Part shown: positions 9,278-20,000 of the stretch, piece after piece | Layout: each line of letters opens with the position of its first letter | Numbering within the stretch: position 1 is the first letter of the stretch | From: an uncultured Denitrobacterium sp. | Lineage (GTDB): Bacteria > Actinomycetota > Coriobacteriia > Coriobacteriales > Eggerthellaceae | Assembly: GCA_905236045.1 (NCBI GenBank) | Contig: CAJOOG010000078.1 | Coordinates: 36,099-100,098 of the forward strand | Length of the DNA: 64,000 nt | Direction: 5' to 3' | The notes under the pieces: model-generated | Database searches by the model: none | Told to the model about the DNA's origin: nothing | Seen by the model: the letters and a program-made list of their open reading frames with translations, nothing else | Program-made: the position numbers and the translations under genes

Positions 9278-10975
9278 TTAATCGGTGGTGTAGATGGTGC
9301 GGTTCACTTCATCGACGGTGGTCGTTCCCTGCAGCACGAGCTCGCGGGCGTTGTGGATGATGGGCTGGAATCCGGCGGCGGCCACGGCGCGCTGCAGCTC
9401 CGAGCGGGGCGCCTGGTGGTGGATGGCCTGCGCCATGGCCCGATCGACGACGAGCGCCTCTGCCACGACGATTCGCCCGCGGTATCCGCTGTCGAAGCAT
9501 TCCGAGCAGCCGGTGCCGCGGTAGAACTTCACGCCCTCCGCCTTCGCCTTCTCCGGGTCCATACCGAGTGCCTGCAGCTCTTCGGTATCGGGCTCGTAGG
9601 GTTCGCGGCAGTGCGGGCAGATGCGGCGGACCAGGCGCTGCGATATGATGCCCTTCAGGGCCGTGGCCAGCATATAGGGCTCGATGTCCATGTCGGAGAG
9701 GCGATCGAGCGTGGAGAGCGCGTCGCCGGTGTGCAGGGTGGAGAGCACCAGGTGGCCCGTCACGGCGGCGCGCATGGCGATCTTCGCCGTCTCGTTGTCG
9801 CGGATCTCGCCGACCGAGACGATGTCGGGGTCCTGACGCAGGATGGAGCGCAGGCCGCTTGCGAACGTCATGCCGGTCTTCTCGTTCACCTGCACCTGGT
9901 TGACGCCGGGGATATTGTACTCGACGGGGTCCTCGAGTGTGACGATGTTCACGGCCTCGGTGTTCAGCTGGTTGATCATGGTGAAGAGGGTGGAGGACTT
10001 GCCGCTGCCGGTGGGGCCCACCAGCAGGATGACGCCCTGCGTGTTTTCGAGCAGGCTCTGGTAGACCTCCAGGTTGTGGCCGTAGAAGCCCAGCTCCTCG
10101 GGGGTGTCCTGCTTGGCATCGCGGTCGAGGATCCTCAGCACGATCTTCTCCCCGTGGACGGTGGGCAGGGTGGAGGTGCGCAGGTCGGCCTCGTGCATGC
10201 GCACGCGCACGATGGTGCGGCCGTCTTGCGGTATACGCCGTTCGGTCACGTCCATGTTGCACATGATCTTGATGCGCGAGGTAACCGATTGCTGCAGTTC
10301 CTTGGGGATGGTGAGCGCGTCGTGGAGCATGCCGTCGATGCGCATGCGGACGTTGACGATGTCGTCCTGCGGCTCGATGTGGATGTCGGAGGCGTGCTCG
10401 GAGATGCCGCGCTCGATGATGTTGTCGACCAGGCGGATGGAGGGCGCGGCGTTCTCCGATTCCGTGAGGTCGCTGGTCTGCGTGCCCACGTAATCGGAGC
10501 CGGACGCGCCCTCCTGCTGCATCTCGCGGATGGCGCGCTTCGCGCCCTCGGTGCCGTAGAGCGTCGAGATGGCATGGTCGACGCCGCTCTGCGTTGCGAT
10601 CATGGGGATGACGTGGCGATGCGTTGCCGAGCGGACCTCTTCGATGGCGAAGAAGTTCAGCGGGTCGACCATGGCCAGATAGAGGTCGTCGCCGAGCTTG
10701 CGCACCGGCACGACGGAGTACTTCTTGACGATGTTCTTCGAGAGGACCTGGGTCATCTCGGGTTCGATCTCGTAATCGGACAGGTCGATGTACTCGATGC
10801 CGAGCTGCATGGTGAGTGCGTCGATGAGCTGGCGTTCGGTGATGATGCCCGTCTGGATGAGCTCGTCTCCCAAACGCCGCTTGCTCTCCTTCTGGGTCTT
10901 GAGGGCTTGCCCCAGCTGTTCATCGCTGATGACGCCCACATCGACCAAGAGGTCGCCCAGTCGCATGTACTTCAT
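9278..10975 (-). CDS. pilB: Type IV pilus extension ATPase PilB (GspE family) with an N-terminal MshEN domain
   Basis: True start is MKYMRLGDLL at 10975; the track ORF extends to 11713 over the giant gene. Walker A GPTGSGKSST, DPDIVSVGEIRD, TGHLVLSTLHT, tetracysteine CPHC...CSEC. 565 aa. Confidence 0.9.
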   Translation of the reverse strand: MKYMRLGDLLVDVGVISDEQLGQALKTQKESKRRLGDELIQTGIITERQLIDALTMQLGIEYIDLSDYEIEPEMTQVLSKNIVKKYSVVPVRKLGDDLYLAMVDPLNFFAIEEVRSATHRHVIPMIATQSGVDHAISTLYGTEGAKRAIREMQQEGASGSDYVGTQTSDLTESENAAPSIRLVDNIIERGISEHASDIHIEPQDDIVNVRMRIDGMLHDALTIPKELQQSVTSRIKIMCNMDVTERRIPQDGRTIVRVRMHEADLRTSTLPTVHGEKIVLRILDRDAKQDTPEELGFYGHNLEVYQSLLENTQGVILLVGPTGSGKSSTLFTMINQLNTEAVNIVTLEDPVEYNIPGVNQVQVNEKTGMTFASGLRSILRQDPDIVSVGEIRDNETAKIAMRAAVTGHLVLSTLHTGDALSTLDRLSDMDIEPYMLATALKGIISQRLVRRICPHCREPYEPDTEELQALGMDPEKAKAEGVKFYRGTGCSECFDSGYRGRIVVAEALVVDRAMAQAIHHQAPRSELQRAVAAAGFQPIIHNARELVLQGTTTVDEVNRTIYTTD

Positions 10976-11016
10976 AGATCGTGCCTTCCCTTGTTCTTTC
11001 GATGTGCTCCGTTTTC

Positions 11017-14000
11017 CTACTGCGGTTCCGATGATGCCTGCGCGGAGACGCTCGCCCCGTTCTCGTCTATCGCGAGCACGTACCACCATCCCGCGCTCCC
11101 GTTGGTCGCGGTCCCGTCGGGGTAGCCGGTCTCGTGCAGGTAGTAGGTGCCGTAGGGCAGCTCGCCGATCCAGAAGGCGCCGTTGGTGTACGAGACGACG
11201 CCGGAGGCCGCCACCGTGCGGTCGTAGCGCAGGATGTCGAAGGTCGCGCCCTCGAGCGGGGCGAAGACGTCGTCGATCTTCCTCAGGATGACGCGATGCG
11301 TGCCCTGCGGGTTGTTCAGGATGCCGTGCTCGGCGATGTCGGGCGCCTCGGATACCGCGTTCGGGCCGTTCATCTGCTGGATGGCGAATTCCCTGCTCGT
11401 GTCCAGCCCGAGCGAGGCCATGCGCGACCTGCCCACGACGACGCGGTAGGTGTTGCCGTTGTTCGCATAGCCCTCGGCGGCGGCGACTTCTTTGAGGTAG
11501 AATACGCCGTTCGGCGCGCGGAACGCGACGTTGCAGCCGGTTTCGTCGTCGAAGGTGCCGGTGGACGGCACCGTGGTGGTGGAGATGTTCTCGCTCTTCA
11601 CGTTTACGGGAATCGTGCAGTCGTAGTCGCGGTAGAGGGTGAAGGTCGCGCCGCCGAGTGCGTATCCGTTGCTGTCGGTCTTCTTGAAGAAGACGTCGCA
11701 GCCGTTGCCCCAATAGACGTAGGAGGCGTTGGCGCCGCGTACGCCTGTGAAATACTGTCCTGTGTCGTTGCCGGCCGTCTCGTCGTCACGCGCGTCGCGG
11801 AAAACCTCGAGCGTGCTGTCGTCGACGACCACGCCGGTGCCGATGGTGGCGAACTGCGTGTCGTTGGCGTAGTGGTTGGAGGTCTCGGCCCAGACCCAGA
11901 TGGAGCCCGGGTTGAGCGAGAGATTGCCCGAGATGACGATAGATTTCACGGGGTCGACGCTGCTCTTCAGGTAGATGTCCTGAAGCGGGGAGAGGTAGGC
12001 CTCGCCGCCGTTGGTCTTGCCGGTGAAATCGGCGATGTCGGCCACGTTGTCGGAGAAGTTGGGCCGGTCGCGCAGCGAGATGGTGCTGGTGGTGGAGGCC
12101 AGGTAGAAGCCCGCCCCGTTACCCGAGCAGCTGTTCGCGCTGATGGCGGGATTGCCCGAGAGCTCCACGGAAGCGTAGTCGTAGATGAAGGCCGCGCCGC
12201 CGTTGCCGGAGGCCTGGCAGCCCGTGATGGCGGCGATATCCTGCATGGCCAGCTTGGAGCCGCTGGCGGCGTACACGCCGCCGCCGTTCGCCGCCGAGCA
12301 ATTCTCTATGACCGATTCGCGCTGCATCGTGAGCTCGGCGCCGCCCGCCAGGTAGACTGCACCGCCTCGTCCGGTGCAGGTGGAGTTTCGCAGCGTCGCG
12401 TTGATGCCCAAATAGACCGACGAGCCGGTGCTCGCGTAGATGACGCCGCCGTCGCCCGAAGCGGAAAGCGGCGCGGCCAGCTGGTTCCCGCCGTCGAGGA
12501 CGAGGTTCTGCACCGCCAGCTCCACGGCGGCCCCCACGGTGAGCATCGAGGCGCTGGTCCTGCCGCGCATGATGGTGCAGCGGGAGGAGGTGGCGTTCTC
12601 GGGATAATCATCTTCGTTCGGGCCGGCGGCGGCCGTGGTTATAACGGCGTTCTTCAGGAGCTTGGGCGTATCGGAGTTGATGGTGTAGGACGTGATGAGC
12701 ATCTGGATCTGGGAGGGCTCGACCTCCACGCCGTATCGGTCCTGGAAGGAGAGCGTGTTGAATGCCGCGATGGCGCCCTCGAGCGAGTCGAACAGGGCCG
12801 ACTGGCGGTTAGAGCCGTTGTCGAAGGTGAGCACGTTGCCCGACGAGTCGGTGATCTTGCAGACCGGAGGCGCGTACCAAATGATCTGGTACGGCGCTTC
12901 GGCCGTGGACGCCGGGTTGATTTTGCCGTGCATGCGCCCGTCGTCGGAGACGAACAGGCTCGCATCCGTGCGGTAGGCTTGGTCGGCCAGGCCGAACTGG
13001 GTCATACTCGGTCCGGGATTGCACACGCCGATGTGCCCCGTGGTCCCGGAGCCGGGCGAGGTCAGGTTGCTCAGCAGGCTCACGCTGGTGGTGCGGTTCT
13101 GGTCGACGTTGTTGACGCGTGCCGTGATGAGTCGCACGTTGGATTGCGATCCGTCGCTGGTCGTGTTGTCGTAGACCGTGATGGTGTCGGTTTCGGCGTC
13201 GCCGCCGAGGACCAGGGTGGCATTTGCGCGGTTCTGGTCCAGGTAGACGCCGGCGCCGTTGGCGACCGTGGCGGTGGAGAGGCGGTTGCCCGTCACCGAG
13301 GTGCCGTTCTTCAGCACCAGATTGCCGTTCGACCAGAAGTAGATGCCGCCGCCCGTCGTGGCCGTGTTGTCGGAGACGGTGCAGCCGTCGAAGGTGGTCG
13401 GCTGATTGTCCAGGCACCACTGCGCATAGCCGCCGCCTTTGCCGCCCGCCGTGCATCCGTCTATGTTCACCCCGGTGAGCGTGGCCATCGCGCGGGCGCT
13501 GTAGATGCCGCCGCCGTTGGTGGCGGCCGTGCAGTCGGAGAGGACGGTGTTATCGATGGTCAGCGTCTTGGCGGTAGCGTAGATGCCGCCGCCTTCCGCC
13601 CTGGTGCTCTGGCAACCCGAAAGGTTGCAGTTCCGGACCATCAGGATAGTGTCGGCGTTGGCGTTGTTGTTGGCGATGCCGCCGCCCGCGCTCGCCGAGC
13701 AAGCCACGGTCCGCGTGCCCTCCAGAGTGGAGAAGGAGCACGTATCGACGATCGTCTGCTTGGCGTTGCTGCAGATGCCGCCGCCGTAGCAGGCGTTGGC
13801 GGTAGCGACGGCTTCGCAGCCTGTGAACGTGCTGTTCTTCACGCTGACGATGGAGTAGTTGCCGCTGCTCTCCGACCAGAGGGAGAGTGCCCCGCCATTG
13901 CTCGTGGAGGAGCACTCGGAGAAGCTGCAGTCGGAGATGTCCACGTTGCGGGCCTGAACCTCGCCCGCTCCGCCCGAATATGCGCCGCTGCTGCCTGCGT

Positions 14001-17000
14001 GGCAGTCGGTGAAGGTGCACTCGGAGACCGTGGCGGTCGTGCCTTCGTAGTTGACTCCCAGCTGCAGGACGGCGCCGCACTTCTGGGTGGCCGTGCATCC
14101 GTCGAAGGCGTCGTTGTTCAACGTCAGATCGCGCGCACGGGTCTGGAGGGCCCCGGCCTGGCCCGCGACGGCCGCGCATTGCGCGAAGGTCGTGTTCTCT
14201 ACGGTGAGCATGCTGCCCTCGGAGGAGTTGGTCGACACGAGTCCGCCGCCGAGGTTCTTAGCCTGGCACGATGCGAAGCTGCCGTCGGTGACGGTGACGA
14301 CGGGGGCATCGGTTTGCACGCCTCCTCCCGAATTGAGCAGGGAAGCGCAGGAGGTGAAGCCGCAATCGGCGATCGTGGTCGTTGCGGCCGCGTTAGAGTT
14401 GAGGTGCAAGACTGCGCCGCCCTGGGCGTTCGAGGTGCAGTTCTCGAAGGTGCTCTCCTCTATCGAGAGCGTGCGGGCGGCCACCTTCATGGCACCGCCG
14501 CCGCTGTTATTGCCACCCGTCGCCGTGCACGCCGTGCAGTTGGAGAAGCTCGTGTTTCTCACGGTGACGAAGTCATCTTCCGCGGTGCGGGTCTGAAACA
14601 CCGTGCCGCCGTCGCCAGATGCGTGGCAATCGTCGAAGCTGCTGCCCTCGATGAGCAGCGCGGGCGCCTCTTCGCGTAGGGCGCCGCCCGTGCCCTTCGT
14701 AGAGGTGCAGCTGGCGAACGTGCAGTTCTCGATGGTACCGGAAGCATCGTTTTGGGTGATGTTGTGATAGATGGCGCCGCCCGACAACAGGGCGTTGCAG
14801 TTCGTGAAGGAGGAGTTCGTCAGGGCGATGTCTCGGGTGAACGTCCGTATCGCGCCGCCGCATTCGCTGCCCGCCGTGCAGTCGGAGAAGGCCGTGTCCG
14901 TAACGGTTAGGGAGCTGCCGACGGTGGCGTTGCTCAGATACAGCGCACCGCCCCCTTGCGTGGCGGTGCAGTTTGCGAACTGCGTCCGCTCGATAGTGCC
15001 GTCAAGCACATTGGAGGAGAGGGCTCCGCCGTTGCGGGAGCTGTTCAGCGTGGAGCAGGTATCGAAGGTCGCGTCGGAGATGCGCAGGGTGGATCCCGTC
15101 GGAGTGCCCGGACCGAAGTAGATGGCGCCGCCGTCGTTTTTCGACGTGCAATGCGAGAAGCTCATGGCGTTCGCATCGGAGTTCTCGATTACCAGGGCGT
15201 GGGAAAGGGCGTAGATGGCTCCCGCCGCGCCCACGGAGCTCCGGCAGTTCTCGAACGTGCAGCCGCGCACCGTGGTGAGGGAGTCGGTTTGCTTGTTGTC
15301 GCAGGCCAGCCCGCCGCCCATGGGCGCGAAGCAATCGATGTCCTCGGCGCTCGCGCCGGTTTGCTCCTCGGCGGAGAGGGTTTTGAAGTCGGTGTTCTCG
15401 ACGGTTGTCTCCTTGGCGGTGCTGAATATGCCGCCGCCGCGTTTGGCGCTGTTGGTGCTATTCACCCGGCATCCTTTGAACGAGCAGTTGCCAATCGAGA
15501 CGGTCGTGTCCTGGGCCCCGTTCACGTTGTCGGCCGCCCAGAACACGAGGGCGCCGCCATCGGAGACCGACACGCAGTTCTCGAACGTGCTGTCCTTCAC
15601 GACCACATCCCAGGCGTCCGATTCGAGTGCGCCGGCTGCGCCATCGCTGCCGCCCGCGGCGCAATCCTTGAAATGCGAGTTCTCTATCGTGCAGGTGGAT
15701 CCCTCGTTGTAGTTCCAGTGGAACACGGAGCCGCCCTGTTTGCCGCTGCGGCAGCGTTCGAAGGCGCTATCGACGATGCTCAGGTCGTTGGCTATCGTCA
15801 GCACGACGCTGGATTCCTTATCGTTGGTGCTGGTGGATTCGCAGTCGGTGAGCGTGACGGACTTGATGCCGGTTTGGGAGTTCGCCGAATTGTTCTTGTG
15901 GAAGATGGCTGCGCCGCTGCGGGCCGAGGTGCAGTTCAGGAAGCGGATCGCATCGCCTTCCATCGTCACCTTCTCGGCTACGGTGGCCACGCCGCCGCCG
16001 CCGATGCTGTTGCTCTTTCCGCCTTCGTTTCCGACCGTTGTCTTGCAGGAGAGGAACGAGCCGTTGGCGAGCGTCATCTCGGAGCCCGATTCGCTGTTGT
16101 TGTGGAACACGCCGCCGCCCAGGCGCCCTGCCGAGCACTCTTCGAAGGTGTTGCCTTGCAGATCCGGCTTCTGCGCGGTGGTGATGATGCCGCCGCCGCT
16201 GCGCAGGGCCGTGCAGGAGGTGAAGGTCGAATCGTGCAGCTCGAAGTCGGAGCCGGTCGACCAGATGCCGCCGCCGCCGTTTTCGTTGCGGTCGTTCGCG
16301 ACCGAGACGCATTCCTGGAAGGAGGCTCCCGTGATGTTGATGCTGCAGTCCTGCGCCCACAGGCCGCCTCCGCTGTACGCGCGGCCCGAATGCAGCTCCA
16401 CGCCGGAATCGTCCAGGCCGGATTCGGTCTCCATGATGATGTCCGCGGTGCGGGCGTTCATGATGCCGCCATTGCTGTTGGCCGTGACGCTCACCCCGCC
16501 GATCGTCGCGGCGGTGTTGACCACCTGGGTGTCCGTGCCGTCGAAGGCGATGTTGCGCAGCACCATCTGCGTGTTGCCGTCGGCTTCGGACCCGACGACG
16601 GTGATAAGCGATTTCGCGTTGCCGCTGCCGCGAGTGATCGTGGCCTTCGTGTCCGATCCGCTGTAGGTGTAGGCGTGAGCGCTCTCGTCGGTCGAGGAGG
16701 TGGTCAGCGTGATCTTCTCGCCCGGCAGGATGGCTACGACGTCGACCGAGGGCACCGTGTAGTCGAGCAGCATCTCGATGGTGAAGGTCTTCCCCATGTT
16801 TTCGCGGCCCCAGTCGAGTGCGCTGTTGAGCGTGCGGAAGGGATGCTCGCCGCCGGAGCCGTCGATGATCTTGCAGATGTAGTCGCTTTCGTTGCTGACG
16901 GTGATCATCCACACGCCGCCGAGCTCCTCGTAGGCGTAGTGCACCGATCCGGCCGTTACGGGCTTGCCGCTGACCGCCGTCTCCTGGGCGTAGTATATGT

Positions 17001-20000
17001 AGCCCTCATCCAGGTTCTCGAGGGCCTTCACGCGGCTGCCTATTTCCTCTTCGAGCAGGTTGAAGCTGAGGGAGGGAACCTGCTCCACGTCGCTTTCCGC
17101 AAGCCCGAGCGCGGAATAATCGCCCTCCATGAAGGCGGCGAACTTGTCGGGGAAGTCGGCCTGGTGCAGGTAGGCGGAGATTTTGCTCTCCTCGATGCGA
17201 TAGACATCGTAGGAGGTCGTCTTGTTGGGCACCTCGGAGCCGGTGAGAACCTGATCGCCGAAGAGCCACTGCTTGGTCACGGCCACGCAATCGCGGGCGG
17301 TGTTGGTGATAGTGGCCTCTCCCGCGCCCTGGTCGTAGTCGTAGGTGGGGTTGTAGGCCGCGATCAGGTCCACGTCCGTAAGCGAGCGTGCCTCGCCGCC
17401 CGTCTCCCGGGCTCTGGTCTCGACCACGTAGTAATAGTAATCCGACGAGAGCTCCTCGATGGTCTGCGTTTCTCCCGCCGCTATGGTGAAGGTCCTCACC
17501 TTGGACGTCGTGACCCCTGGGAAGGCGCCGGTGAGCAGCGAGGGCAGCGTCTCGGCGCCCCAGTGCCCGTCCTTCGTGCCGTCCTGCGTCGTGTAGGTGA
17601 AGGTGACGTCGGGGTAGGCGCTATCGAACGAGAGCGGCCACCAGACGCTGGCATCGTCGATGCTGCCGGTGTTGCCGCTGGCATCGGGTGCTTGCGCCAG
17701 CACGTAGTAGGAGCCCTCCGTGCAGATGACATCTCCCATCTGCCAGCTGCCGTCCGCAAGGCGCGGAGTGCTGCCGTCGAGCGTGAATTCGCCACGATCG
17801 GCGTTGTAGGAGCGGTGGAACCGCACGAGCTTGCCCGCGGCCAGGTTGGACCCGATGCCGGCCTTCACCTGCGAGCCGCTGAGCGTCTGGCTTCCCACCT
17901 GGCAATACCAGCGGTTGCCGCCGCTTACCTGGAAGAACTGGCCTGTGGTGCTCAGCTCGACCATCTCGTCGTCGCCGAGGTCCGAGGAGTCGGCCCAAGG
18001 CGAGGGCGTGTTCTGCTGGCGCAGGCCCGCGGGCAAGTCGTTTACGCCGCCCACGTCTATTTTGGGGATGCGGTACAGGTCGTAGGTCGCCGTCAGGTCG
18101 GTTACGCCTGCGGGCAGAGTGGCATCCTTCGTGACGGTGAAGGCGGTATAGCGCTCGTAGTTGTAGACCGTGATCGTCTGCGTGCTCTTCGAGGCATCGT
18201 AGGCGTAGGGGCTGTCCCTGGTCGTTCCCACGTCTCCCGTGAAGGCGATTTTCTGCTTGAAGCCCTGCTCGACGGAGGCGAGGTCGCCATCCGCTTCGAC
18301 GACCCAGTAAGAGCTCGGATTGCCGTTCGTGTCGTACATGGCCAGCCCGTCGAAGGTGCAGGTCCATCCATTGGCCGCGGACAGGGTGGCGCTCAGCCCG
18401 CCCTCGTCGGTTCTGAATCCATAGTTGCCCAGATTCAGCGTGACGCTCACCTCGCCCGAGGAGGGCGCCTGGGACAGCTCCTCGTAGTGCTGGTCGAGCC
18501 ATTCCGCGTCGATTTCCAGGGTGAAGGTTTGGCCCCAGACGACGGTGTTCGCGAGCACGGTGCTGGCGGCGCCGAAGCGGCTCGAGCCTTCGCCGGCGCT
18601 GTTCTGACGGATGCGGTCGTTCACGAAGGCGTCCAGATTCGCGTCGGCCCCCGTCTCGAAGGTGGCGAAGGGCTTGGCCGGTTTGCCGTGCGCGTCGTAG
18701 AGAATCGCGCCGTTGGGCACGTAGACGCCCACCTGGGCCTCGCTGCCCAGGCCCGCATCCACGATCGATATGACGTCGGAGGCATCGACATCCAGGCAGA
18801 TGTTGCGCTGATCGGAGCCGCTGGAGGGATGGTTGTCGTAGATGGTCACGTTTCCGCAGAGGGTTATGCGCGCGTTCGTGCCGCCCACGCCCACGGCGCC
18901 CCTCGCCTCGCTCGTGGCACTGGTGCCGGTCGTGGTGTTGTTGCTTACCGTGCCGCCGGTGAATGCGGCCGTGCCCCCGTTTTCCAGGTAGAGGGCTGCG
19001 CCGTTGGAGGCCTTGCCGTGCTGCAGGGTCGTGCCCTCGCCTACGTTCAGCGTGCCGCCTGCCGCCACGCGGAGCAGGCCTCCGTTACCCGTGGTGTTGG
19101 CGTACTGCACGTTGCCGAGCTTGCCGTCGAAAGTCACGTTCTCGAGGGAGAGCGTCCCCTCCACCAGGAAGAGGTCGCCGCCGTCGAAGCCGCGGGTTAT
19201 GGTGGCTGCGCCCTCGACGAGGGCGTCGGAGGCGGTTGTGATCGTGATGTCGTAGCCGGAGGGGATGGTGACGGTGCCGGTCTGCGGGACGGTGCAATCA
19301 TCGAGCATCTCGATGGTATCGGTGGTGGTGCCGCTCGCGACGAGCTGGGCGAGCGCCTCGCGCACGCTGGAGAAGGTCTGGCCCGTGCTCGCGATTCGGC
19401 AGACGATGCTGGAGCGGATGTTGGTCGTGGTCTGGCTGGCGCCGGCTACGTTCACGCTGTAGTAAACGTCGAAGCGGGTCGTCTCGTCGGTGCTCCTGTT
19501 GTTCTCCACTCGCCGGATGTTCTTCTCGACCGCATAGCAGGCGTTGCCGCTCGGCAGGTCGGCGATGGAGATCTGCCAATCGTCGGACTGGGCGATGCTG
19601 AAGAGCCCGGTCGTGGCGTCTGGATTCGCGTAACGCGCGACCTCGTAGCCCGCGGCACGCAGCTCCGCCGCCTTGCCCGCCGCGCCATCGCCGGTGAGCA
19701 CGATGCTGGTCGGGGCGCTCGCGTTGCTTCCCTTCCAGACCTCGTAGACCTCGAAGTCGCACACCAGCTGGTCGGGGTAGGCGTCGTCGCTCCATTGCTT
19801 TTGCAGCGAGAGGTCGGATGTCGCCGGGCTGAAGGCCACGACCACCTTGCCGGCCGTCGTCTCGAGCGTGCCCTTGGCGATGTTGCTCGTGTCGAGAAGG
19901 TCCGCGTCGGTGGGGGTACTGTGGACGACGGTGTAGCTGCCGTTCTCGTCGGCTCCGCTCGCGTCGCTTAGGTTCAGGAGGGAGACGCTTGCCACGTTGC

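Noticed and set aside
10976-11713. N-terminal extension of the pilB ORF (9278..11713), and similar extensions of 25885..27216, 27851..29383, 39609..40754, 40250..40936, 46511..47323, 51132/51242.. and 58622..60019
   Set aside because: The extensions overlap neighbouring genes in other frames, are Arg/Pro/Gly-rich, and lack RBSs. Internal starts give family-typical N-termini with RBSs or stop-start coupling.
11134-19971. Very long plus-strand ORFs (11134..14679, 1181 aa; 14956..19971, 1671 aa; also 21001..22668) opposite the giant gene
   Set aside because: Their translations are Gly/Ala/Arg/Val-rich with no motifs, signal or domain periodicity. They are antisense shadows of a GC-rich gene whose minus-strand frame shows clear repeat and domain structure.
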